A stretch of DNA of 56,199 nucleotides, the filler included, from Catajapyx aquilonaris (Eukaryota), in NCBI GenBank assembly GCA_000934665.2. It is 2 parts of 2 records of this genome, joined end to end, with 100 filler letters (N's around TTAATTAATTAA, not from the genome) between each part and the next. Parts side by side here need not be neighbours in the genome. Positions count along the whole stretch, not along the records: positions 27,977 to 56,199 come from KZ539262.1; 1 more part is not named here. One strand, given 5' to 3'. Shown here in pieces: positions 27,877 through 39,440 of this stretch. Made by a program: the position numbers and the translations under genes. Numbering within the stretch: position 1 is the stretch's first letter; every line of letters begins with the position of its first letter. A model generated the notes under the pieces. The model had not been told where the DNA came from. It saw only the letters and a program-made list of their open reading frames with translations, and did not search any database.

Positions 27877-27976
27877 NNNNNNNNNNNNNNNNNNNNNNNN
27901 NNNNNNNNNNNNNNNNNNNNTTAATTAATTAANNNNNNNNNNNNNNNNNNNNNNNNNNNNNNNNNNNNNNNNNNNN
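27877..27976. other. Assembly gap containing an isolated TTAATTAATTAA
   Basis: N runs flank a 12-mer at 27921-27932. Confidence 0.9.
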
Positions 27977-29512
27977 TCCCTATGACACGAACCAACCCCC
28001 ACCTATGGACTTGTTTCTTACTTTTAATCTCACCCAGAGGAAGAATAGTTTTCTGCAGTTTTACTGCCTATTTTTATTTAATTATTTTCATCATCAGAAT
28101 AAAGTGAAAACCTGCTGATGCCCCCCTTTCGTCCCAAAATGTTACCCGCCTTCAACCTCCTGTGGGGGAAGTGGGCTCCAGACTGGGACCCCCCTCCCAA
28201 GTAGGAAAGTCTATCGTTTATCCGCACCTAGCGACGCGGTGGGATTGGCAGGTCCAAACATGTTGGCTATGCGTCGCAAACAATCTGTTGCCGGGAGAGC
28301 ATAACAAAGGGCGTCTTCTTACCCCTGCCACGCGAACCGTTCAGACGAGTGCTAGGACCACAGTATTAATGAAGGAGGTGGGAAATATGAAAGCCATGAT
28401 GGTTGCTGCAGTCCGTTAACCCAAAGAACGATGTCACACCAGCCGTGTTTTCTGAGCGTGTGCAGTAGTATGCCTGCAGAGTGAGTCGTGAGCATGATTG
28501 GAGGGGAGAGCCGGGTGGTGGCGGGCGGAACTTGGCGTCATGTAGTTCGTTGGTTTGACGGACTGTGTGAAGGTGTACTTCCCTCTTGGCAAAGCCACAA
28601 TAACATTCGTTGGCCTGCGGCGCCACAAGACGGACAGTAAATGTTGTGGCTACAGAAACCCACAATAAGCGCCCAGCTCCGCTATCGCTCCGCAAAAACT
28701 AAAAATATCACGCACGGGCGACGTACCGTGCCTGGCAGGGCCACAACAATGTACAGTACAGTTGCGGTAACAAAAAGCCATCCAGCAACACCAAGACAAA
28801 GGGCTGTTCCATCCACTTAATCACCTCAAAATCCCGAATTGAATCCCCGAAAGGCCGAAAAGAAGAATAAAGCACAGTTCCATGTAACCATGCAGCAGTA
28901 TCAATAGGCACCCGATTGTTTGCGACGCAACATTGCCAACCGTCGGGAGGCCTAACACCGACCGTGTTGTTAAGGTGCGGATAAACAATAGTTTATCCCC
29001 CAAGTATATCCGGCCTCGGTACAGAAAGGGAGTGAGAGCCACAAAACGGACACTTTCGAAATCGCCTCGTGACTCAAAAAGTAAAGGGTTTTCTCAAAAA
29101 AAGGTAGGCAGGAGGGCGCTGCCTGGGAACATTGCGGTTCTAATAACACATTGTATGACCCTCTACGACGCACCGTTTAGGCTGTACCCTTGTCGAAGTA
29201 ACGACACATTTTTGAAATTTGACCCCGGATAGTGACCCCGGTAATGGCCCTAGTTGTTGTTTATCTATCTATAGTTTGAAACTGGAGTGAGCAGAGTGTA
29301 AATCTTGTTTCCGATTTGAAATTGATCAACCCGATTGCGAGTTATGAAGTCGGGAAATCAACATTGGTAGCGTAGCGATTCCCTACTATTCGTTTCACGC
29401 GGGCCGGATGCCCCGCTTCGCGGGCCAACCGGTAGGTGGAGTTGGTGGGCCCTGCCGTTTGCCCCGCTTCGCGGGGCAAACAGCAGGGAGGAAGAATAGA
29501 AAAAATGGTACC

Positions 29513-29724
29513 TTTATAATTGATATTAAGGAGGTTGGCCCAGCATTGCCTTTCAACCTCCAAGGATACGGAAGGAAGGAAGCGGCTGTGGCCTGTTATA
29601 CGGAAGCAACCCCGGAATTATCCTAGAAAACCATGGTCAGGGTTGCCAGCCCCAGGATTCGAACCCAGGACCTCCCGATTAGCAGTCGGACGGCTTATCC
29701 ACCATGCCAACCTGCTTTGCTAAT
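29513..29724 (-). mobile_element. tRNA-derived SINE family A
   Basis: A and B boxes (GGTTCGAATCC), core GGCCACAGCCGCTTCCTTCC, TSD AAAATGGTACC. Confidence 0.8.
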
Positions 29725-29974
29725 AAAATGGTACCGTATTACCTCACTTAAAGCGCCATGCTGGTGTAATCGAGGTTGACCAGTTTTTAGAAATGCACTA
29801 TCTGGTGGCTATACCGGCATGCTGGTCTAAGCGAGGTATGCCAGTCCAAGGTGAGGTTTTCATAAGCACAGCATTATCACGATCTCTGTGAAAATTATTA
29901 TTACTCAAATGAATGCATTACACAATGTTCTACGGTGCGGATACAGCCCAGGACACTTCTATTGCCTGACACAG

Positions 29975-30261
29975 GCCGAAGCAGGTTGGTGTAGTGGATA
30001 TGGAGTCCGCCTGCTAATCGGGAGGTCCTGGGTTCGAATCTCGGGGCCGGCGACCCTGACCGTGGTTTTCTGTGGTTTCCCACGGTCCTTCCAGGAAAAT
30101 TCCGGAGTTGTTTCCGTAATTAATAGGCCACAGCCGCTTCCTTCCATCCCTAACCTATCCCATCCCACAAAGCTAAGTAAAATGAAAGCAAATAGTTCCA
30201 GTCAAAACAAAATTGGGATGAACTCCCCCCCCCTAAAGAGCTGCCAGCTGATAACACGGTA

Positions 30262-30329
<68 letters not shown>

Positions 30330-30348
30330 TGTTATTATTATTATCATC
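29975..30348 (+). mobile_element. tRNA-derived SINE family A (Talua-like core) with (AAT)n tail
   Basis: TGGTGTAGTGG A box, GGTTCGAATCT B box, GTTTTCTGTGGTTTCC...AGGCCACAGCCGCTTCCTTCC core, 14-bp TSD ATTGCCTGACACAG. Confidence 0.88.
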
Positions 30349-30559
30349 ATTGCCTGACACAGCCCGTAAGATCGTTCGTTAAGTTCAAATTTCACGGCAA
30401 CATTTTCAATTAAAAGTGCAAGGCTGCAAGAAAGGAAGCATAGACTACCAGGATATTTCCATACGTTGGGTTTTGATTTTATTATCTGAGACACATTCTC
30501 AGACAAATTGATACCACTACACAAAGTGATCCTCTGATTGCTAGTCTACGGGGGTTCCC

Positions 30560-30966
30560 TATGGCTGTGCGGTTATTGAATTTGGAAACTGGTTATAGGT
30601 TATTTTAGATTAACCGGTTAATTTCATAGGAGAATTGGTAAATAACACACGAGATAAGAGCAAGTGAGAAATCTTTAATGTGCTAAATGAAAGCTACAAA
30701 CTACAAATTACACTCTTGGCTTATGGCTTTGGCACATACAGTACACCTTATTCACTGTTAAATATATGAGCCATTCAGCAACCACAGTACTACACCACTC
30801 CTTCGATGGTAAGAAACCGGTAATTCTGAAATACGATCACTGAGACCCATGAACCGGTTAATCGGACAAACCGGTTAGTGCAATAACTGGTTATTTCATA
30901 AAAAATTAACCAGCTAACAGGTTAATGCAATAGGCTAAAAATTAACCGGTTAACCGCACAGCCCTA
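30560..30966. mobile_element. hAT-type MITE
   Basis: TIR TA(T/G)GGCTGTGCGGTTA, perfect 8-bp TSD GGGTTCCC, AACCGGTT subterminal repeats. Confidence 0.88.
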
Positions 30967-31326
30967 GGGTTCCCCTCTCACTCAGAGCAGGCTGACAGTG
31001 ACATTGGTCTAACTCTATGACCTGTGCAACCGATGAACTTCCATATTCTCACAGCCCTGTACTCGCACATTTTTCACAGTAACATTATTTTAGTACAGCA
31101 TCAGATGTATTCTAAAAAATTTGACAAGGATCAAAATTATGGAAATCCACCTCTGTTATTGCGCTATGCCGGCCACCCCCAGGTTATACCAGCATGCTGG
31201 TCGACCTCGTTTTATACCGGCATGCTGCTTTAAGTGAGGTAATACGGTAGTTTCCACAAAAATGTGACATTATCTCAACCAATTTTGGACATTGTGTTTG
31301 CTTATCTTTGGATTATTATTTTTTAG

Positions 31327-31545
31327 TTCACAACTCCCATACACAGCGTGCATCCTGCAACTCATGCCTCAGGGGAAGCATATGTGGTTTTCAAGACTGG
31401 TGACATTTCTCCAGTGATGAAGGCTATCGAAGTGAGGAAAGAGAAAAAGAGACAAATCCTGAAGGAGGGTGACATTCTACAGAAATGCCTTGTTATGTCG
31501 AGTCTGGGGCATACTTACGCCTTGTACGTGACTGCTAATGATGAG
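31327..31545 (+). CDS. NOL11: NOL11 exon (FTTPIHSVHP...YVTANDE)
   Basis: ttttag acceptor, GAG|gtaaat donor, 73 open codons, phase 0/0. Confidence 0.8.
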
Positions 31546-34500
31546 GTAAATATTTATAATACATCCTGATCACTTATTGACTTGCGATATGGGAAGGCCG
31601 CGACATGATAATAACGGATTTGGACAAAAATCACGCAGTAGGTAAATCACATGCATGTAATTCACTGGTCAGAGTAAAAACACGCATTTCACAGCCATTT
31701 TAGAGATATGAGTGACGACAGATCGGGCGAGCTCAATAGTACATCCGTACAATTGCACAAACCGCATGAGATAGCAGCAAATGGTTTTTGGATTCGGATT
31801 CAGCGGGACCAAAATAGGTCTCATTGTCAACTTCTGGTTTTTCGGGTTAACTCGATCCACGTAAGTCTACTTAACAGGCAGTTTGCCATATGATATTTCT
31901 AGGGTGCTCCATATTGATTTGCACTGAGAACAGATAAACACCCAGACAGGTGGATATTCACAAATATCTGTTAGATTGACACACAGAGACCAATTATAGC
32001 TGTGTGTATTGTTCACTAATACTGGCATTTCATAAATAAATGCTTTCTACTGTTGAGAGTGGGGTATTGCAATGCGTAATTAATCCACATCAGCTTTGTA
32101 GCAGTTTCAGTAGCAAAATGAAACAAGTAACTGGTTAGAAAATTAGAGAAATAAATATCAGTGTTGAAAGTTACTAGCATTTTCTCTGACCATTTTAACC
32201 CTAAGAAGATGGGTGGCTTTTCGCGTTTTTGCAAGGATCTGCAAAAAATTCGCTTGCTTTGTCACTTGGAGGACGAGACGTAAATACACTAGTGAATAAG
32301 ATCGTCTAGTGTCCAGGCTTGATCCTGAGCCATCTACGTGACCCTCCTCTCATACCATATGGAGACGTAAATTCTTAAATACGCAACTAGGTGGCGCAGG
32401 GAGTTTGTTTTGCGCCTCCTCTATATTTTTTGCCACTCTGCCTGCTTGACAAAACGTATATCAGTATGTAGCCTTGGCACCGCTGAACAAAGCAGTACAT
32501 AAGCACATGGCATGAATTACGTCACAGGACTGGCAGGCATGCAGCAATGGTAAACAAACACCCCCTCCCGAATGTAAGCCTCCCTTGCGCCACAGCTGTT
32601 CAAAAACCCCATGGGGCATGCGCCCCTCCATCCTGACGGAGGCCGGCCGGGAGTTGCGCAGTTAGCCAGCTGCTAATTGGCATTTACGAACTTTATTTAT
32701 TTATTTTAAAACGATTGAATTATCTTTTGCACTAATTTTAGGGTGGAATCTCTTGAGGAGGTTTAGGGGCAACTGTACGCCATTTTTTTTTCTTTTCATT
32801 TTTGGAGTGTTTTTTTTTCAGCGGCCGAAAAAAGATGATTCATTCAAGTTAATCTGGTCAATCCGGTTTATTTATGCAAGATTTTGTAGTCCAAAACTCG
32901 CGAATTTTTATGCGAGAGACAATTTTAAAAAGCCACACAGAAACCACATTTCATAGTGGGAAAACGCTATAGGTTAGCCAGCAGAATTTTTTAAAGCCAC
33001 CGTATCAGCATAATGGGGAACTAGCCTTCATTTTGGAAACTACATAATAAATTCGGCCATATTTTTTGGATTTTTTTGGCATATTCCGTTTTAAGATATC
33101 AGTTTCAGTTCCGGAGATATTGGGGTTTTTATGTAGGGAAATGGTGACGTCACTGTTTCCCTAGAAAATGTTGACGTCACGCGAAGTGAAATGAACGCAA
33201 AAATGGTGTTATAGAACGCGCCCCGTCATTGTCGTAAAATGCTTCGCTGTTGTTAGCAACCGTCCCATTCCGTGAGCAAGATAGCGGCCGGGGCGCGTAT
33301 TTATTACAGGCCGTTCAAGTCGCTCCTGTGCTGACAGTGGTGCCAACTGGTAGGAATTATCTGTCACCCGAATTCGGCACATGAAGGCCCCTTTTCTCCA
33401 CCTCGATGGCCTACAGCCGCCTTGCGAATGCTTTCCGTCGTGTCCGCGGTTAATTCAAAGTCAAATTCCTCATATCTCGCAGTCAACCAGGCATTTCAGT
33501 GTACCCTTTCGATTGGCACCACCCGGCTGCCCCGTTTTTCCCACCAATTTTGAAGGCACTTTTAAATGTGCCGTAATTTATCCAGTAATGTCATTTTGAT
33601 GCAACAGAGTGATGGAATGTATGTTTACAGGCATGGGCTAGCTAGTTATGAACAAAAATCCCAAATCCCAGACCAAGGCTAGTTCCCCATTATGATACGC
33701 CCGTCTTATTAGGGTTAAATTAGAAAAAGAAAAAGTCGTGACTTTCAAACCCAAATATTTGCAATTCCTCATATGGGTTTTCCTTTTTCACGTATATGGC
33801 ATTAGTAAGAACAACCTTCACTAAATATTACCATTGAGCACTACAAAACTAATTCTTGTTGATATCTTGGTAAGTTTCGTGACAGGAAGCTCATGCTGCA
33901 AAAATTGTCCATAAGGGGTGAGTTACTCTAGGTCTAGGTGGAATGAATATCTTGTGCAGGGTTTTTCATTCTTTGTTATAAGACTGTGATAAAGTAAAAT
34001 TATTCTGTTTTCAGTCGTGTTTGAAAACTGGAGTTATGGAGGAGCTTCATGTCCAAGTTTTCTCATTGGTTGGGGAATTAATCGCCACAGAAGGTGTCCA
34101 AGTGGTTGTGAAGAGGAGCCAACACAAGATTCTGGGGTTCATGCTGCTTGACGGTCCAGAAGGATTCCGCCTGATGACTTTTTGTATGGTGGAGTTGGAG
34201 TTAGGTTATCAGTCAGATTTTAGTAATAAGTGGCTTTTCTTCCTATTTCAGGGTCTGATGGGAGCCTGTACAGCATGAAAATTTTTCCGACACCTGATGC
34301 TCAAGCACCAGGGACATTCATATGTCGTATATTCGATGTAAACTTGGCTTCTGCTGTGGCAATGGTAGCTTTGGATCATGATAATCTGGCAATCTATGGT
34401 GCTGAGAAGAACCTTGAAGGTGTGTTGACTTCTGCTAAACTTTGACATGAGATGCAATCTTAAAATAGGCTGGAAATTTGGCTTTAGGGATGTTCTAGAG

Positions 34501-37500
34501 GTTAGATGTGATGATAACTGTGACATGCTCGGTAATGATAATTAAGCCTTACTTTAAAAGTGGCTGGTAACTTGCATTTTGTCACAATTGTGCAATGGTT
34601 TATAAGAGTACAAGGCCTTCAAAAATGGCAGCAGACTGATGGGGAAGAGATGGCAGGGCTCTACACTGCCACAGTTTGTCCCCATCTTGGAAGAAATGAC
34701 AATTTTAACTGGATGTAATCTTTGCAGGTGAAATGTAGACAAATCCATGCTTTATACAGTATTGGCAGTACTGTTTTATACTGGCTTGCTGCTATAGCCA
34801 CCAGAGGGGAATTTACTAACACCTAGTCACCCCCAATTGTACCGGCATGATGCTCTCTGTGTGAAAATACAATATTAGCTTCCTTGTTGAATAAGGCAGG
34901 TTTTAAAAAATTGGTGCCATTACCACATAAGAGCTTTAGGTGTGTAGGAGAACAATTTCACCATTATTGTTGAAAATTCAAGCAAGATCCAATGCATCTC
35001 GATATCAGATGCACTTAGTTACAGGGTCTTGGCTTGGGATGTCGCAGCTGCTTCTACCATGCCATTTGATGTGCATATCTCCCCCCAAGGCAGAAATGGA
35101 GTTTGAGCAGTAACAGACATTCCAGCCAAGGGCATTCTTGTAATGATACTATGCAGAAAACATGGGTGGTGTATTTCAGCATGGAATTTGTGGCTCACCT
35201 TTGAATTTGTTTTGTTGCTTCTTGACATAAATCCATTTTCAATCTTACAAGGGAATGTCACGGGGTGATAATGACGGATCTTGATGAAATTTAACATGCT
35301 AATACAGGACAATATATGATACCCAAAAATGAAATATTTCGTGCGGAACCCCATATTTGCAAAAGTTATGACGTCTTAAAGTTCCAAAAATAATACATTT
35401 TCATACTCCATGGGATTACATTAGCGACCACATATAATGACATTGAAGTGTGTAATGAGTTTCTAGACCTTTTCTTATCGGAAAAAGTCATACAGAACGG
35501 CTCTGGCCGTCCGTCCGTCTGTCCGTCTGTGGACAGGTATCAAGGCCTAAACCGTAAGAGATAGCGACAAACGGTTTTCATATTCGGATTGAGCGTGACC
35601 AAAATAGATTTCATGGTCAGCTTTGGTGACCCGCCACTTCCGGTCTTCCGGGTTCACTCTAGCCGCACAAGTCTACTTTACGGGCGGGTTATCGTTGGAT
35701 TTCGAAGTTAGTTTTCGTGTATTCCTGACCTTGTTTTTTGGGGATTTACTCCGGGTTTTACCTGACTCTCTGGCACAGGGGCTGATTCCTGACGTTGGAC
35801 GTGTTTGCAATGAGCGTCATCGGCCGCCATGATGTTATCGCCCAAGCCGCTACTGGAATCGATATGTTGCCTAGGTTACGATAGATCGATTCACATGCTC
35901 CCTGAAAGAATGAGAAAAGGTCTAGAAACTGATTACACACTTCATTATAATTATGTGGTCGCTAATGTAACCCCATGGAGTATGAAAATGTATTATTTTT
36001 GGAACTTTAAGACGTCATAACTTTTGCAAATATGGGGTTCCGCACGAAATATTTCATTTTTGGGTATCATATATTGTCCTGTATTAGCATGATCAATTTC
36101 ATCAAGATCCGTCATTATCACCCCGTGACCTTCCCTTGTTAGTAAGTAAATTATTAGTATTGGGGTCTAAAATCAGAGAATAGTTGGTGAAAAAATGCCA
36201 CAGAGTGTAAAGTATAACTATTTTTGTTGATCAACTAAGATCAGGTGGAAACAAAGCAGTGTTGGTCATGGGCCATTTCTCTGGCAATAGTAGCTCAAAT
36301 TGCCCCAGTGCGTGTACAGTGTTGGACATTAATCGAGGGATACTGCTAGCGACATTTTCCGAATCGGCAGAAGAACTATCCTTATCTTCGATTCCTTCTT
36401 CTGCCGTTTCGGAAAATGTCGCTAGCAGTATACCTCGATTAGTTTCCAACACTGTGCTGGCAACGTTGGAAAGCAGTTCATTTGCCATTAGGGTCATTCA
36501 CACAGCACAAAAGTCTTATATCCAGATTATGTTTTTATCTAGATTTGAGTTGTTCATGTGGATAATCCAAGCATGTTTTCCAAGTCAATTCTTTCAAATC
36601 AACTTGCACAAGCTGTTCCTATCACCAACATGATGCCACTTATGGATTGACACATCTGCAGTACACATGTAACAAGTTGGCATTACAGCTATTTGAATGC
36701 TGTTGCTACTGGTTCAGCATGTATTACATTTCATGCTAGTGATTGCAATAATGCTCACAAATTAGTTGTAGGTGCCACATGATGGATTTGAGGATCCTCT
36801 AGTGGAGTCCTGAGAGTGTGCCTTGTGAGCACCTCAAAAGTATGTGGTCTGATCATTATTGGAACGTGATCCAATTATGAAACTTTTGTAAATGGCCCTC
36901 TAGTATTCATGTTTGAAGGTGTACAGTTAGCATACCCTTGAACCAGCCAGTATTTTAATCCTGGTAGTTGTGGATACTGTTGGATTGGAAAAATATGCTA
37001 TCAGCACTGCTTGAATAGTTGCGAAAATGAAAGCCAACTTTCACCGGTGAAAATAAATCAATGCCTCCTCCACATTGAAGAACCATATTTAGTGCAAAAA
37101 GTACAGTATATGACGTTGAATAAAAATGTGAGAGATCAATTGCGAAATAGGTTCACTGGGCTTTACAGTGTTTGTAGAACAAATTTTGGAGCCTTGTTGG
37201 GATGGTATCAAATGAAATTTAATGACCTTTTTTTACATTTAAGGTGCAGTAATGCTGATTTTCAACTTGCAATACCTAACTGTGCAGAGCCAACAAATTC
37301 TGAAGCTGTATACTGTGCCACCAAGCATGTGGCATGTACCACCTAATTTATATGTGGCAATAGGGCACTATCTGACAGTTATACCATACACAATAGGAGT
37401 GGTCAGTCTCATTGCTGCAGTGGGACTGCACAAGCACACAGGTAACATGCTGATGCTTTGAGAAATAATGCACAACATATTGTCAACTGGTCCTCCTCTC

Positions 37501-38475
37501 TCATCAATAGGATCAGATGTGATAGCATTGGCACCTACTATAAAGGCCCAGTGGGAATCGAAGGAATTGAAGAAGTCTAAAAAGAAGGGTTTTACATCTT
37601 TGAATCAGATTGGTGTCTCCACATTTATTCATGACTTAGAAGATGCAGGCCACCCAGAATCAATGTAAGTGCTTTTTAAATCCTAATCCTGTATTCTCAA
37701 ATGTATCTTGTGCTAAGGTTTATCATGTGTGAATTTGGGGCTTTAACCTCAATGTGAATTTCTGTCCGGAATGATAATATACCCTGCTATTCGTTTTTCA
37801 CAAGGATATGTGAAGAAGTGTTTCCACAGCTGCTTCAAAAGAATGACTACAACAGTCTTTTAGTTTGCTGTCAGTATTTCCGGGACATCCCAGATGCAAT
37901 CCTAGTGGATGTGCTCCGTGCATGTTTACAAAATTCTGAAGAGAACATGCAGTTACTACAGGAAATGAGCCAAGACCCATCTAAAATGATGCCAAGGGAC
38001 AAGAAATGGAAACTTCTGAACCAAATTTTGTGTGCACCTATCAGTGAAGCCTCTCTGGCAGAACATTTACATGTCCTAGCCTTTGGTGAAGTGTTGAGCC
38101 TCCTACAATATTTAGCATGCTTATTGCCAAGGAGTTCACTTATGGAACGCACAGATGTAAGCCCAGCTCTTCCACAATTGCTCACCTGGTGCAACCTGGT
38201 GCTTGGGTCTCATAACGCCCAGTTGCTGCTGAAATCAGATGAGGTGCAAACGCTGATTGCCTCTATTAAGGGCTTTGTGGACAGAGAGGTAGGAATAATA
38301 TTGAAGGTTTCAGTCATCTTTGCTAATTATTGTTTCATTGCAGCGCAAGTATTTTGATGACCTACGACCTCTCCTGACCACTATGACACTAATTAGAGAA
38401 GAGAGGGAAATGCCAAGACAGAGTGAAGTTAATAGAATGTACTCAATTGAAGATATAGTGTTTAATATGGATTAA
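31327..38475 (+). CDS. NOL11: Nucleolar protein 11, 5'-partial spliced CDS join(31327..31545,34015..34183,34252..34419,37244..37441,37511..37664,37805..38288,38344..38475)
   Basis: All introns are GT-AG with matching phases (0,1,1,1,2,0). The join is 1524 nt and ends in TAA. Peptides match recalled NOL11 motifs in order: RLMTFWSDGSLY, AMVALDHDNLAIYG, HYLTVIPYTIGVVSLIAAVG, CQYFRDIPD, LLNQILCAPISE, PALPQLLTWCNLVL, C-terminal NRMYSIE. The N-terminal ~100 aa were not located. Confidence 0.9.
33001..33699. mobile_element. Unclassified TIR element in a NOL11 intron
   Basis: CGTATCA(GCA)TAATGGGGAACTAGCCTT inverted at both ends; TSD not resolved. Confidence 0.65.
34015..34183 (+). CDS. NOL11: NOL11 exon (SCLKTG...RLMTF)
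   Basis: ttttcag acceptor and T|gtatgg donor; splicing to the next exon gives W-SDG. Confidence 0.8.
34252..34419 (+). CDS. NOL11: NOL11 exon (SDGSLYS...AEKNLE)
   Basis: tttcag acceptor, G|gtgtgt donor; contains ALDHDNLAIYG. Confidence 0.85.
35248..36138. mobile_element. Tc4/Tc5-like long-TIR non-autonomous element in a NOL11 intron
   Basis: About 190-bp near-identical TIRs starting CAAGGGAA(T/G)G; TSD TTA within a CTTAG target. Confidence 0.85.
35471..35680 (+). mobile_element. Helentron/DINE-1-like (HINE) short element, nested
   Basis: (GTCY)n microsatellite near the 5' end; the body resembles 31740-31870. Confidence 0.5.
36317..36454. mobile_element. Palindromic MITE (hAT- or Transib-like ends)
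   Basis: Arms of about 59 bp, CAGTGTTGGA...GGCAGAAGAA, in inverted orientation. Confidence 0.8.
37244..37441 (+). CDS. NOL11: NOL11 exon (AVMLIFNLQY...GLHKHT)
   Basis: aag acceptor after a T-rich tract, G|gtaaca donor; contains LTVIPY. Confidence 0.85.
37511..37664 (+). CDS. NOL11: NOL11 exon (SDVIALAP...GHPES)
   Basis: tag acceptor, AT|gtaagt donor; phases fit both neighbouring exons. Confidence 0.8.
37805..38288 (+). CDS. NOL11: NOL11 exon, C-terminal domain (ICEEVFPQLL...GFVDRE)
   Basis: Overlaps ORF 37818..38357; DIPD and LLNQIL motifs; GAG|gtagga donor. Confidence 0.9.
38344..38475 (+). CDS. NOL11: NOL11 terminal coding exon (RKYFDDL...NRMYSIEDIVFNMD*)
   Basis: ttgcag acceptor after a 55-bp intron; conserved YSIE C-terminal motif followed by TAA. 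Confidence 0.88.
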   Translation, partial: RKYFDDLRPLLTTMTLIREEREMPRQSEVNRMYSIEDIVFNMD

Positions 38476-39264
38476 TGGAGAAAAAAAGACTAATGTTTTG
38501 TAAGTGGGGAAGTGAAAGAAAGGGGAGAGAATCAATGAGTCACTCACTTCTGGAGCTAACTAGTTTGGTGCCTAATGTGCATGAAGAGGTCTGTACGCCG
38601 GTGGGTTTAGCACTATTTTCAGTCTTAGTCTTAGGATCTGCCTATCAGTGCAGGCTGCCATGACCCTAGCCTTACCAAGCGACAGTGGCCTGCAACAGTT
38701 GGTGGATCCTAAAGAGTAAAACTAGTGCTAAAACTGCGTGTGTGTAGAACTCTTTAGAGTATGATGCAAGAGAGACAACTAAGGCACAGGGGTCAAATTT
38801 TAAATTTAAACAAAAATCATGTGGACGCAGGAAGAGATTGGAACATGTTAGCATTTTACTGTTATAGAAGAAGTATATTGCATTATATTTTTATCACATT
38901 GTTCACTAAGGGCTGGCTGTGTGATCAATGGTAAACCCAGAAGTGATTAATTCCTTGTAATCCATGCAGGATTAATTGTTCTGGGTGTACCATCTATCAG
39001 ACAACCAGACCAACATGATGCATTAACTTCTTATGGCCATTTTGAAATTAATAAAACTGAAAAATATGAAATAATTTGACTCTTTGACTAATGACCTGGA
39101 GTCTTAGGCAACCTAATTTGACCCAGCACCCCCTCTCATGCAAGCCAATGCAATAGGATGAACTTGAGACCTTACCTCCTCTCCTGAGCCAACTGGATAA
39201 GAGTGCTGAAGTGGAACTCGAGAATGAGAATTTACAATGGGATCATTGTGATATTAAATATTAC

Positions 39265-39440
39265 ATATTAAATTTACATTTACACAAATTTACCTATTAA
39301 ATTTACATTTACACAAATTTACATATTAAATTTACATTTACACAAATTTACCTATTAAATTTACATTTACACAAATTTACATATTAATTATTTACATTTA
39401 CACAAATTTACATATTAATTATTTACATATTAAATTTAAT
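39265..39440. repeat. 29-33-bp AT-rich minisatellite (ATTAAATTTACATTTACACAAATTTAC..), about 5-6 copies
   Basis: Read directly. Confidence 0.9.

Larger units (their letters stand above)
29734..31247. mobile_element. pogo-like MITE carrying a nested SINE and hAT element
   Basis: TIR CCGTATTACCTCACTTAAAGC with TA TSD. Confidence 0.8.

Noticed and set aside
29981..30050. tRNA-like sequence with a GCT anticodon-like loop
   Set aside because: It is the head of a TSD-bounded multi-copy SINE, with no proper acceptor stem or Ser variable arm.
30150..30524. Poly-Ile ORF (and the poly-Asn ORF at 42429-42635)
   Set aside because: Translations of (AAT)n SINE tails.
33230..33360. CpG-rich promoter or first-exon-like stretch
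   Set aside because: It lies inside the TIR element 33001-33699, downstream of a NOL11 coding exon, so it cannot be the NOL11 start.
36231..36633. Overlapping ORFs on both strands sharing identical peptides (NRGILLATFSE)
   Set aside because: Artefact of the palindromic MITE at 36317-36454.
39160..39280. Alternative NOL11 last exon (DELETLPPLLSQL...)
   Set aside because: The exon at 38344-38475 already carries the conserved YSIE motif and stop codon.
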